Notes under the pieces: generated by a model
The model's input: only the letters and a program-made list of their open reading frames with translations
The model's database searches: none
Told to the model about the DNA's origin: nothing
Program-made: the position numbers and the translations under genes
Part shown: positions 8,343 through 17,582 of the stretch, one piece after another
Layout: the number at the start of each line of letters is the position of its first letter
Numbering within the stretch: the first letter of the stretch is position 1
Assembly (NCBI GenBank): GCA_038245905.1
Contig: JBBRRY010000032.1
Span: 1-41,034 of the forward strand
Direction: 5' to 3'
DNA: 41,034 bases
Source of the DNA: Thermoanaerobaculia bacterium
GTDB lineage: Bacteria; Acidobacteriota; Thermoanaerobaculia; UBA5066

Positions 8343-8924
8343 TTGGACCAGGCCCTTCTCGACTGCGTCGCGGACCCCATCTTCGTCAAGGACCGGCATC
8401 ACCGGCTCGTCCAGATGAACGAGGCCTTCTGCCGGTTCATGGGGTCGACCCGCGAGAAGCTCCTCGGACAGACGGGCCTGGAGCTCGTCAACCCCGAAGA
8501 GGCCGCCGTCTGGGTCGCGAAGGACGACGAAGTCCTCGAAACCGGCAGGGAGAACGTCAGCGAGGAGGCCGCCACGTTCGGGGACGGGCGCTCCCTCGTG
8601 GTCGTGACCCGCAAGACGCTCTACGTGAACGAGAAGGGAGAACGATTCATCGTCGCCGTCGTGCGCGACATTACCGAGGCGAAGCGCGCCGCCGAGGAGC
8701 GCGAAAAGCTCGTCGTGGCCCTCAAGGCCGCCCTCGCCGAGGTTCGCACCCTCCAGGAGTACCTCCCGATCTGCTCCTACTGCCGGAAGGTCCGGGACGA
8801 CCAGAACTACTGGACGCAGATCGAGAACTACATCACGGAGCACACGGGTTCCATGTTCAGTCACGGGATCTGTCCGGAGTGCTACCAGAAGGTCGTCCAG
8901 CCGGAGATCGACGGAATCCGCTAG
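8343..8924 (+). CDS. PAS-domain protein with coiled coil and C-terminal Cys/His-rich putative Zn-binding domain
   Basis: PAS/PAC (DPIFVKD...N.AFC...G...LG...RDITE), then LPICSYCRKVRDD..YW..IE.Y...H....FSHGICPEC. TTG start. Confidence 0.8.
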   Translation: MDQALLDCVADPIFVKDRHHRLVQMNEAFCRFMGSTREKLLGQTGLELVNPEEAAVWVAKDDEVLETGRENVSEEAATFGDGRSLVVVTRKTLYVNEKGERFIVAVVRDITEAKRAAEEREKLVVALKAALAEVRTLQEYLPICSYCRKVRDDQNYWTQIENYITEHTGSMFSHGICPECYQKVVQPEIDGIR

Positions 8925-8927
8925 CGG

Positions 8928-10130
8928 TCAGACCGCCCGCACCGAGATCGACAGCACGTCGGCGCAGGCGCGGATTTCCTCGAGGACGGCCGGCCGCGGA
9001 GCCGATCCGACCTGGATGCGCGCGCAGGCCGCCTCCGCGCCCGCGAACACGACGTTCTCCGTCTGTTCGACGTTGATTCCGGCCGCGCGCAGCACGCCGA
9101 AGACGTGCGCGAGCACGCCGACCCGGTCGCGGTGACGAACGGACAGCACGTGCGTCGCCGGCGTGCGGCTCGCGAGGTTCACGGCGTTTGGGACGTCCCC
9201 CGTCGACGCGAAGGCGGCGACGATCCGGACCGTCTCCGCAGCGATCGCGCTCTGCGCCTGGTCCGTCGAGGCGCCAACGTGGTGCGTTCCGACGACGCCG
9301 TGCAGTTTCACGATGCCGTCCTCGAAGGCGCCGGTGCCGCCGGCCGGCTCCTTCGCGAAGACGTCGAGGCCCACCCGGATCGCCTTCGCCGCGATGGCGG
9401 CTTCGAGCGCCGGCTGGGCCACGACCTCGCCGCGGCTCGTGTTCACGAAGAACGCGCCCGGCTTCATGGCCTCGAAGAATCTCGCGTCGAGCATGCCCTT
9501 CGTCTCGTTCGTGAGCGCGCAGTGCACGGTCACGACGTCGGACGCGGCCGCAAGCGCGTGGATCGAGTCCGCGCGCGCGATGCCGAGCCGGGACGCGAGG
9601 TCGTCGTCCAGCGAGCGACTCCAGGCGACGACCGGCATCCCGAACACCCGCGCACGCGTCACGACCTCCCGCCCGATCGCGCCGAGCCCGATCACGCCGA
9701 GCGTCCGGCCCGCGAGGCCACGGGCCTTCCCATAGAGCGCCTTGTTCCAGATTCCCGAGCGCAGGTCGTTCGCCTGCTCGACGATGCTGCGGTCGAGCGC
9801 GAGGATGAGGCCCCACGTGAGCTCCGCGACGGCGATTGCGTTCTTGCCCGGGCAGTTCGAGACGGCGACCGCAGAGGCCGAGGCGGCGGCAAGGTCGATC
9901 GTGTTCACGCCGGCGCCCGCCCGCACGATGAGCGCGAGGCCGGAGGCCTTGCCAATCTCGGCCGCCGTCACCTTCGTCGAGCGCACGACGAGGATCTCCG
10001 CCCGCGTTTCCGCGAGCCTTGCCCCGAGCGCCGCGCCCTCGAGCTTCGGCTCGTAGAGGACCTCGCAGCCGAGCGCGGCGAGGCCGTCGAGCCCTGTCTT
10101 TTCGAATGCGTCGGCGACGAGAACCTTCAT
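8928..10130 (-). CDS. serA: D-3-phosphoglycerate dehydrogenase with C-terminal ACT domain
   Basis: RAGAGVNTID, N..AVAE, GLGAIG, NTSRG, DVFAKEP, HVGAST..AQ, and ACT domain HRDRVGVL...GINV. Start ATG 10130. Confidence 0.78.
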   Translation of the reverse strand: MKVLVADAFEKTGLDGLAALGCEVLYEPKLEGAALGARLAETRAEILVVRSTKVTAAEIGKASGLALIVRAGAGVNTIDLAAASASAVAVSNCPGKNAIAVAELTWGLILALDRSIVEQANDLRSGIWNKALYGKARGLAGRTLGVIGLGAIGREVVTRARVFGMPVVAWSRSLDDDLASRLGIARADSIHALAAASDVVTVHCALTNETKGMLDARFFEAMKPGAFFVNTSRGEVVAQPALEAAIAAKAIRVGLDVFAKEPAGGTGAFEDGIVKLHGVVGTHHVGASTDQAQSAIAAETVRIVAAFASTGDVPNAVNLASRTPATHVLSVRHRDRVGVLAHVFGVLRAAGINVEQTENVVFAGAEAACARIQVGSAPRPAVLEEIRACADVLSISVRAV

Positions 10131-10137
10131 TCGGGAC

Positions 10138-11370
10138 TCAGAATCGGTGCACGAAGAGCCCTGAGCGAAGCTTCGGCTCGAACCAGGTGGATTTCGGCGG
10201 CATCGTGACACCGGCGTCCGCGATCGCCATGACGTCGGAGATCTGAGTCGGGTACATCGAGAAGGCCACCGCTCCGCGCCCGGAGCGCACGCGCTCTTCC
10301 AGTTCGCCCGTCCCCCGGATCCCGCCGACGAAGTCGATGCGCGGGTCCGTGCGCGGATCCCCGATCCCGAGGATCGGCGAAAGGAGGCGGTCCTGGAGGA
10401 CGGAGACGTCGAGGGACGCGACCGGATCCTTCGATGCAACCGGCTCTTTCGGCGTGATGGTCTGCCAATTTTCTCCTAGAAAGTAGGAGAACTCGCCGCG
10501 GCGGCGAGGCTCGGGCACTTCGGCGGGCCGCACGTCGAACCGCTCGTTGACCTTTCTAAGAAAATCTTCTTTCCCCATGCCCCCGAGATCCTTCGCGACC
10601 CGGTTGTACGGGAGTATCGCGAGCTCCTTGTCCGGGAAGATCGTCGCGGGAAACCAGTTGACCGGATGCTCGTCGGGAAGCGCCCCGCCCGTCCGCTCGC
10701 GCACCGCTGCGCGCGCGCGCGAAGCGGACGCGCAGCGGTGATGACCGTCGGCGACATAGAGAAACGGCACCGCCGCAAAGGAGGCGACGAAGAACGCGAC
10801 GTCGTCCTCCGGCACGATCCAAAGGGTGTGCTTCACACCGTCCGGTGCCTCGAAGTCGAATTCCGGCGGCGCCGCGGTTACCCGGGCGACGCGGGCGTCG
10901 ATCGCGTCGACCGCCCGATACGTCAGGAACACGGGCTCGGCGTGAGCGGACTGCGCGAGGAGGTGGGCCACACGGTCGTCTTCCTTGTCGCGCCGCGTCT
11001 TCTCGTGCTTGCGGATGACGTCCGCGTCGTAGTCGTCGACCGAGCAGGCCGCGACGATTCCGTCCTGCTTGCGCCCCTTCCACGTCTGCCGGTAGACGAG
11101 GAGCCGGGGCACGGGATCGCCCACGAGCGTGCCGTCCGCGTAGAAGCCGTCGAGATTCTCGCGGCCCTTCGCATAAACGGCGGCCGCGTGGATGTCTGTG
11201 TCGTCGGGGAGGTCGATCTCCGGGCGGCAGACGTGCAGGAAGGACTGCCGGTTGCCCTTCGCGAGTGCGCGGGCTTCCCGTGTGTCCACGACGTCGTAGG
11301 GGACGGAGGCGACGCGCGCCGCGAGCGCGCGCGTGGGTCGGCCGGACGGGAACGGACGAAGGCGTGCCAT
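10138..11370 (-). CDS. DUF1015 family protein (ParB/Srx-like DGHHR motif)
   Basis: PYDVV, SFLHV, IRKHEKT, YVADGHHR, ILPYNR, MPPKSTWFEPKLRSGL. Directly upstream of serA. Confidence 0.88.
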   Translation of the reverse strand: MARLRPFPSGRPTRALAARVASVPYDVVDTREARALAKGNRQSFLHVCRPEIDLPDDTDIHAAAVYAKGRENLDGFYADGTLVGDPVPRLLVYRQTWKGRKQDGIVAACSVDDYDADVIRKHEKTRRDKEDDRVAHLLAQSAHAEPVFLTYRAVDAIDARVARVTAAPPEFDFEAPDGVKHTLWIVPEDDVAFFVASFAAVPFLYVADGHHRCASASRARAAVRERTGGALPDEHPVNWFPATIFPDKELAILPYNRVAKDLGGMGKEDFLRKVNERFDVRPAEVPEPRRRGEFSYFLGENWQTITPKEPVASKDPVASLDVSVLQDRLLSPILGIGDPRTDPRIDFVGGIRGTGELEERVRSGRGAVAFSMYPTQISDVMAIADAGVTMPPKSTWFEPKLRSGLFVHRF

Positions 11371-11463
11371 GTGCGAAGTATCCCTCACCCGGAGACCCGG
11401 CGCATGCCGCCCGTGCTAGACTTTTCTCATCGATCGGACCCGTCGCTGAAAGGAAATTCGGGG

Positions 11464-11727
11464 ATGAAACTCTACGTCGGCAATCTCTCCTATGGTGTGA
11501 ACGATGCCTCCCTCCGAGCCCTCTTCGAACCCCACGGCGCCGTCGAGTCGGCCACGGTTGTCGCGGACCGCGAGTCGGGCCGTTCCAAGGGCTTCGGCTT
11601 CGTCGAAATGAGCGATGCGGACGCCCAGAAGGCGATCCAGGCGCTCAACGGCTCGCAACACGACGCCCGGACCATCCGCGTGAACGAGGCCCGCCCGAAG
11701 ACCGACGACGCCCGCGGCCCCCGCTGA
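11464..11727 (+). CDS. RNA recognition motif (RRM) RNA-binding protein
   Basis: RNP2 LYVGNL, RNP1 KGFGFVEM, and LNG...R.IRVNEARP. Confidence 0.92.
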   Translation: MKLYVGNLSYGVNDASLRALFEPHGAVESATVVADRESGRSKGFGFVEMSDADAQKAIQALNGSQHDARTIRVNEARPKTDDARGPR

Positions 11728-11732
11728 CAACG

Positions 11733-13454
11733 ATGTCGGCGGGCGGCTCGAACGCCCGCAGCACGACTCGTCTTTTCGGGGCTGCGATCCTGCCGATCGC
11801 GGCCTTTTTTCTTTTCGCGGCGGCCGCTCCCTCCGGGGACGACCTCGTGTTCACGGGCGGCCGCGTCGTAGACGGCACAGGCGCCGCGGCCTTCAGCGCG
11901 GACGTCGCCGTCCGGAACGGCCTCATTGCCGCCGTCGGCGAGCTTGCGCCGAACCGGATCACCCGTGCGCGTCGCCGCATCGACGCCACCGGTCTCGTCG
12001 TCTCGCCCGGATTCATCGACCTCCTCGGCCAGTCCGAATACAACGCCCTCGTGGACCGGCGCGCGGCTTCGAAGATCACGCAGGGGATCACGACGGAAGT
12101 CACCGGCGAAGGCGAGTCCATCGCTCCCCTCGACGAGACGCTTCTCAAGAGCAACGAGGACACCTACAAGCACTATGGCCTCCGGCCAGACTGGTCGAGC
12201 CTTCTCACGTATTTCATGCGCTTCCGGCGCACGCCGCCCACGATCAACCTCGGCACGTTCGTGGGCCTCGGCGGGCTGCGGCGGATGGTCGTCGGAATGG
12301 AAGACCGGCGCGCGGGAGCGTCCGAAGTCGAGGCGATGAAAGCGCTCGTTGCGCAGGCCATGGAGGATGGCGCACTCGGCCTCTCGACGTCGCTCCAGTA
12401 CGTGCCGGACCTCTACAACTCCACCGAGGAGATCATCGCCTGCGCGAAGGTCGCCGCGTCCCGCGGGGGCGTGTACTTCACACACCAGCGCTCGGAGGGA
12501 AACCGCATCGACGCGTCGCTCGCGGAAGTCTTCCGGATCGCCCGCGAGGCGAAGATCGCGGCCAACGTCTGGCACATCAAGGCGGCCTACCGCCGCAACT
12601 GGGGCACGATGCCGAAGATCCTCGCCGCATTCGCCTCGGCCCGCGCGGCTGGCCTGGACGTCGCCGCGAACCAGTACCCGTGGAACGCCGCGTCGAACGG
12701 GCTCGACGCCTGCCTCCCCCCCTGGGTGCGCGAGGGCGGCCGCGAGCGGCTCCTCGCGCGCCTCCGCGATCCCGCGGCCCGGACGCGTATCCGGAACGAG
12801 ATGGCGGAAGACACACCGGCCTGGGAGAACCAGTGGTTCGGCTCGGGCGGCGGCTCCGGGGTCATGCTCTCGGCCGTTCTCGACCCCAGCCTCAAGAAGT
12901 ACGAGGGCGGCACGCTGGAGGCGATTGGCGCCCTCATGAAGAAGGATCCGCGCGACGCGCTGATGGACATTGTCCTCCAGGACCGGGCGAATTCATTCTG
13001 CATTCTCTTCATGATGAGCGAAGAGGACGTCCGGACGGCTCTCAAGGATCCGTTCGTCGCCTTCTGCACGGACTCCGGCGCCGCGGCCATGGACGGGATC
13101 TACTCGGAAGAAAAATCTCATCCCCGCGCCTGGGCCTCGACCGCGCGCATTCTCGGAACGTACGTGCGCGACGAGAAGCTCCTCACCCTGGAGGAGGCCG
13201 TCCGGAAAATGACCTCTCTCCCGGCCGCGAGGGCCGGACTCAAGGACCGAGGGACGCTCAGGGTCGGGCTGCCCGCCGACGTCGTCGCGTTCGATCCGGC
13301 CCGCGTGAAACCCGTCTCGACGTACGCCGACCCGCTGCGCTACTCCAAAGGGTTCCCGTACGTCGCCGTGAACGGCAAGCTCGTCGTGGACGACGGGAAA
13401 ATCACGGCGGAACGGCCCGGCCAGCCGCTCCTCGGCCCGGGCGCGAAACGCTGA
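11733..13454 (+). CDS. N-acyl-D-amino-acid deacylase (D-aminoacylase)-like amidohydrolase with probable signal peptide
   Basis: GGRVVDGTG, ADVAV, PGFID, QGITTEV, GALGLSTSL.Y.P, HPRA, EEAVRKMTSLPA, RG.L..G..ADVV.FD. Confidence 0.82.
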   Translation: MSAGGSNARSTTRLFGAAILPIAAFFLFAAAAPSGDDLVFTGGRVVDGTGAAAFSADVAVRNGLIAAVGELAPNRITRARRRIDATGLVVSPGFIDLLGQSEYNALVDRRAASKITQGITTEVTGEGESIAPLDETLLKSNEDTYKHYGLRPDWSSLLTYFMRFRRTPPTINLGTFVGLGGLRRMVVGMEDRRAGASEVEAMKALVAQAMEDGALGLSTSLQYVPDLYNSTEEIIACAKVAASRGGVYFTHQRSEGNRIDASLAEVFRIAREAKIAANVWHIKAAYRRNWGTMPKILAAFASARAAGLDVAANQYPWNAASNGLDACLPPWVREGGRERLLARLRDPAARTRIRNEMAEDTPAWENQWFGSGGGSGVMLSAVLDPSLKKYEGGTLEAIGALMKKDPRDALMDIVLQDRANSFCILFMMSEEDVRTALKDPFVAFCTDSGAAAMDGIYSEEKSHPRAWASTARILGTYVRDEKLLTLEEAVRKMTSLPAARAGLKDRGTLRVGLPADVVAFDPARVKPVSTYADPLRYSKGFPYVAVNGKLVVDDGKITAERPGQPLLGPGAKR

Positions 13455-13464
13455 CGGCAGTCCG

Positions 13465-14385
13465 CTAAGTCGCGGCAACCTCCACGCTCAGCCGTGGCGC
13501 CGCGGCAAGAGTTTTCTGCCATTTCCCGAGCAGCTCGACGACGATGTCGCTGATCCGGAGAAGGTTCTCGCGGCTGGAGCCCCCGAGGTGCGGCGTCATG
13601 AGGACGTTCGGCGCGGAGAGGAGCGGGCTGTTCGGATCGGGCGGGTCGCTGAGGAAGACGTCGGTCGCATAGGCGCGCACCTTGCCGGACGCGAGCGCCT
13701 GCGCGAGGTCCGGCTCCACGACGATCGAGCCGCGGGCGGTGTTCACGAGGATGACCCCGTCCTTCATCTTGGTAATCGTGTGCTCGTTCACGAGGCCACG
13801 GGTCTCGGCCGTGGCCGGGACGTGGAAGCTGATGACGTCGGCGCGCAGGAAGAGCTCGTCGAGGTCGTCCACGAGCTCGGCGAGGGCGTGGTTCGCGATC
13901 TGCGGGTCGTAGGCCAGGATCTTCATCCCGAAGGCCTGGGCCCGGCGCGCGACCTCGGTGCCGATCAGGCCGGCACCGACGAGGCCGAGCGTCTTGCCGA
14001 AGAGCTCGGTACGCTTGAGCTCCTTCTTGAGAAAGCGCCCCTGCTTGAGGCCTGTGTGCCCTTCGACGAGGCGGTTCGGGATGGCGAGGAGAAGCGCCAT
14101 CGTGAGCTCGGCGACCGCGACCGACGAGGCGCGAGGCGTATTCTTGACGTCGATCCCGCGCTCGCGGCAGGCCTGGATGTCGACGTTGTCGAGGCCCACC
14201 CCGCCCCGGATCACGAGCTTGAGGTTCGGCGCGCCGTTCAGATACTCGCGCGTCACTTTCGTCTTCGAGCGCACGAGGACCACGTCTGCATCCTTGAGGC
14301 GCGCGGGGTCCGTCAGCACTTCGCCGAACGGGGCGAGGCGGCCGGGAAGGGACTCGTCGAACGCGTCGGCAATCAGGATCTTCAT
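13465..14385 (-). CDS. D-isomer-specific 2-hydroxyacid dehydrogenase (PGDH-like, no ACT domain)
   Basis: VRSKTKV, RGGVGLDNVD, SVAVAE, GAGLIG, NTARG, TPHLGG. GGAGG RBS upstream. Confidence 0.85.
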   Translation of the reverse strand: MKILIADAFDESLPGRLAPFGEVLTDPARLKDADVVLVRSKTKVTREYLNGAPNLKLVIRGGVGLDNVDIQACRERGIDVKNTPRASSVAVAELTMALLLAIPNRLVEGHTGLKQGRFLKKELKRTELFGKTLGLVGAGLIGTEVARRAQAFGMKILAYDPQIANHALAELVDDLDELFLRADVISFHVPATAETRGLVNEHTITKMKDGVILVNTARGSIVVEPDLAQALASGKVRAYATDVFLSDPPDPNSPLLSAPNVLMTPHLGGSSRENLLRISDIVVELLGKWQKTLAAAPRLSVEVAAT

Positions 14386-14478
14386 GGAATCCTCCCTCCC
14401 TCCAAGGCTAGGCCGACGAGAGCCTGCCCGGCATGATCCAGACGAATCAGACGAGGAAGGGACCGAGGGGATGCGAGC

Positions 14479-16434
14479 TCATCCGTTCGGCCTGCGGATA
14501 AGGCCGACCGCCTCAGTGAGCGCCGGCGCGCTCATGCCGTTCTCAGACCTATCTTCGGATTCCGGCCTCGGTTTCTCGTCTCCCTCCCCGGGCGCGAGGA
14601 AGAGGTTGCTCTCGAGGCCGTGCTGCTTCGTGTACATCTCGTAGTACCGGCCGCGCGCCGCGTAGAGCGTCCCGTGCGTCCCGCGCTCGGAGATGAGCCC
14701 GGCCTCGACCACGAGGATCTGGTCGGACCGCCGGATCGTGGAGAGGCGGTGCGCGATGACGAACGTGGTGCGCCCCTTCATCAGGAACGAAAGCCCCTCC
14801 TGGATGAGAGCCTCCGACTCCGAGTCGAGGCTGGAGGTCGCCTCGTCGAGGATGAGTATCCGCGGGTCCGCGAGGATCGCCCGCGCGATCGAGACACGCT
14901 GTCGCTGCCCGCCCGACAGCTTCACCCCGCGCTCGCCCACGATCGTGTCGTACTTCTTTTCGAAGCCTTCCGCGAACTCGTCCACGCGAGAGATCCGGCA
15001 GGCGCGGAGAATCTCCTCCTCGCCAGCGTCCGGGCGAGAGAACGCCACGTTCTCCCCAATCGTGCCGTCGAAGAGGAACGTCTCCTGGAGGACGACGCCG
15101 AGCGCGGATCGATACGAATCGAGGCGCACCGTCGCGAGATCCACGCCATCGACGCGCGCAACCCCCGCTGTCGGGACGTGGAAGGCCGCCACGAGGCCGA
15201 TGATCGTCGTCTTGCCCGAGCCCGAGGGCCCGACAAGGGCCGTGACGGAGCCTGGCGGTGCGTGGAAGGAGACCCCGTGAAGGACCTCCTTCCCCTCCTC
15301 GTAGGCGAATTTCACGTCCTCGAACGCGATGTCGCCCGAGATCGCGGGAAGGGCGACCGTGCGGCGCGGATCGGCGTCTTCGGGCTTTTCGGCCAGGATT
15401 TCGCGCGTCCTCTCGAGGCCGGCGAGCGCCTCCGTGAGCTGCGTTCCGATCGCGACGATCTGGAAGATGGGCGCCACAAGGAAACCCATGAAGAGCGTAT
15501 ACGTGAAGAACCCGCCGAGGGTGAGCGTGCCCGCGAGGATCTGGCGCGCCCCGACGTACATGACGACGGCGCCCACGATGCCGAGCATCACGGTCGACGA
15601 GAGGCTCATGACGCTCGTCGAGGTGAGCGTCTTCAGGACGTTGTCCAGGAGGCGCTGCACACCCGCGGCAAAGACGCCCTCCTCGCGCTCCTCGGCGTGG
15701 TAACCCTTGACGACTCGCACCCCGCCCAGCGATTCCGTCAGACGGGCGGTGACCTCGGCGTTGATCTTTCCGCGCTCGCGGAAGATCGGGCGGATCGTTC
15801 CGAAGGCCCGGTTCAGGACGACGCCGAACCCCACGAGGAATGCGAACGCGAGAAGCGTCATCGTCGCGCTGATCTTGAAGAGGACGACGAGCGCGATGGC
15901 CGCGGTGAGGAGCCCGCCCACGAACTCGACGAGGCCCGTACCAATGAGATTCCTCACGCCCTCGACGTCCGACATGATCCGGGACACGAGCGCGCCGGTC
16001 TTGTTCGCGTCGTAGAACGTGACGGGCAGGCGTCCGATGTGCGCCTGCACCTTCCGCCGAAGCTCGGCGATGAGGCGCTGGGCGGCTTTCGAAAGAACCT
16101 GCGTGAGCGAGAACGACGTAATGCCCTGGATGATCGTCGCTGTCACGACCGCGGCGAGGAGCGGCAGGAGCATGTCCATCCGCTTCTTGCCGATCACGTC
16201 GTCGATCAGGAACTTCGTCGACGCCGGGAGGACGAGGCCCGACACGCGATTGACTGCCATCAGGACGAACCCCAGGGCGAGGATTCCCTTGCGAGGCGCG
16301 ACGAGCGCCTTGATGTCCGGAAGGAGCGCCCGGAGGCGCTCGGACTTCGGGAGCTTCGGCCTGTCGTCCCGGATTTTCCGTCCCGATCTCTCCGGATTCG
16401 GGAGCGCTCCCATCGGGTTCTTCACGGCGGCCAA
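14479..16434 (-). CDS. ABC exporter, fused permease/ATP-binding protein (MsbA/MdlB-like)
   Basis: TM domain, then Walker A GPSGSGKT, LSGGQRQR, ILILDEATS, AHRLST. Start uncertain: TTG 16434 after AGGAGG, GTG 16425, or ATG 16413. Confidence 0.9.
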   Translation of the reverse strand: MAAVKNPMGALPNPERSGRKIRDDRPKLPKSERLRALLPDIKALVAPRKGILALGFVLMAVNRVSGLVLPASTKFLIDDVIGKKRMDMLLPLLAAVVTATIIQGITSFSLTQVLSKAAQRLIAELRRKVQAHIGRLPVTFYDANKTGALVSRIMSDVEGVRNLIGTGLVEFVGGLLTAAIALVVLFKISATMTLLAFAFLVGFGVVLNRAFGTIRPIFRERGKINAEVTARLTESLGGVRVVKGYHAEEREEGVFAAGVQRLLDNVLKTLTSTSVMSLSSTVMLGIVGAVVMYVGARQILAGTLTLGGFFTYTLFMGFLVAPIFQIVAIGTQLTEALAGLERTREILAEKPEDADPRRTVALPAISGDIAFEDVKFAYEEGKEVLHGVSFHAPPGSVTALVGPSGSGKTTIIGLVAAFHVPTAGVARVDGVDLATVRLDSYRSALGVVLQETFLFDGTIGENVAFSRPDAGEEEILRACRISRVDEFAEGFEKKYDTIVGERGVKLSGGQRQRVSIARAILADPRILILDEATSSLDSESEALIQEGLSFLMKGRTTFVIAHRLSTIRRSDQILVVEAGLISERGTHGTLYAARGRYYEMYTKQHGLESNLFLAPGEGDEKPRPESEDRSENGMSAPALTEAVGLIRRPNG

Positions 16435-17582
16435 GGGTCCTCCTGGGTTTCGGAGAGCGCGACGCCCCGCGCGGCGAGACGATCGACGAAGGCCGCAAAG
16501 AGGCCGGGCTGCGCTCCAAGCAGCTCCAGCGGAAACACTCCCGGCTCGCGAAATGTTCCCGCCGAAAGGAGCTCCGCCGCGATGACGCACGGAAAACCCG
16601 TCGTTCGGGCCATGGACGTCGCGCCCGTCGTCGTGTCCGTCCGGTCGAAGAGGTCGTGAAGGAGGCGCGCCGGCCTCCCGGCCCGCATGCCGCGCGACTC
16701 GACGCGCAGCACTGTGAACTCCTCCTCGCCCTCGGGCCTCTTCCACATCGGGAAGAGGAGAGCTTCCGCGACGGCGCGCGGGGTCACCCGGACGCCGCCG
16801 GCTTCCACGAGTGCGTCGCCGAAGAACCCGGCGTCGCGGAGAAGACGCATCTTCTCGGCGTGACCCGGCCAGCGCAGGGTCTTTTCGCGGAGGTTCCGCG
16901 CTTTTACGGTCGTCAGCACCGTTCGGAGGCCGTCCGTGAGAAATCCCTCCAGCGTCCCAACGCCCGGGAGCTCGAAGCGCGTCACGTCCGACAGGGCGGG
17001 CCGCGAGACGACCCTTCCGTCCTCGACGAGGCGAGCCGGACGCGTGTATTCCTCAATGACGTCGGTCGGGGAAAAGACGGCGCGGTACTCCCACGGCTGC
17101 GTCCGCGTGAGCGGAAGCCCGCCGACGGAAATGACGATCGAGTCGAGGGAGTCGGTGTCGAACCACGCCGCCGCGCGCCCGCAGGTGAGATTCGAGAGGC
17201 CCGGCGAGACGCCGCAGTCCACGAGCGCCGAAACGCCACGCTCCTTCGCGAGAGCATCGAGCACAAGAGGGTCCTCCGGTGCGAACGAGATGTCGGCCAC
17301 CGGCTTTCCAGCCTCGATCACGGTTTTCAGCATCGCGTGCCCGAGGAACCCCGGTACCGCTCCCACCACGACGTCGGCGGGCGCAACGGCCGCGGTGATC
17401 GAAGGTCCGCTCGCGAAGTCGACGCGGGCCGTGGCAACGCGCGGGAGCTTCGCGAGAGCCCCGAGGGCGTCCTCCGAGCGGTCGCAGACGAGGACGTCCC
17501 AGCCGTCTCTCGCGAGCGTTCGGGTGATGAGAGAGCCGACGAGGCCGGCACCGAGAACGGTCGCGTGTGGCATGGCGGTCAT
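16422..17582 (-). CDS. Saccharopine dehydrogenase / lysine 6-dehydrogenase family protein
   Basis: VLGAGLVG, DCGVSPGLSNL, VGGLP, FS..DVIEEYTRPAR, TDGLRT, KTLRWPGH, TSMARTTG. ATG 17582 overlaps the FkbM stop; ATG 17573 is the alternative start. Confidence 0.85.
   Translation of the reverse strand: MTAMPHATVLGAGLVGSLITRTLARDGWDVLVCDRSEDALGALAKLPRVATARVDFASGPSITAAVAPADVVVGAVPGFLGHAMLKTVIEAGKPVADISFAPEDPLVLDALAKERGVSALVDCGVSPGLSNLTCGRAAAWFDTDSLDSIVISVGGLPLTRTQPWEYRAVFSPTDVIEEYTRPARLVEDGRVVSRPALSDVTRFELPGVGTLEGFLTDGLRTVLTTVKARNLREKTLRWPGHAEKMRLLRDAGFFGDALVEAGGVRVTPRAVAEALLFPMWKRPEGEEEFTVLRVESRGMRAGRPARLLHDLFDRTDTTTGATSMARTTGFPCVIAAELLSAGTFREPGVFPLELLGAQPGLFAAFVDRLAARGVALSETQEDPWPP

Noticed and set aside
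14479-16434. ABC exporter as the RiPP or glycan exporter
   Set aside because: It has no peptidase domain, is far from the RiPP operon, the precursor has its own signal peptide, and the glycan locus already has a flippase.
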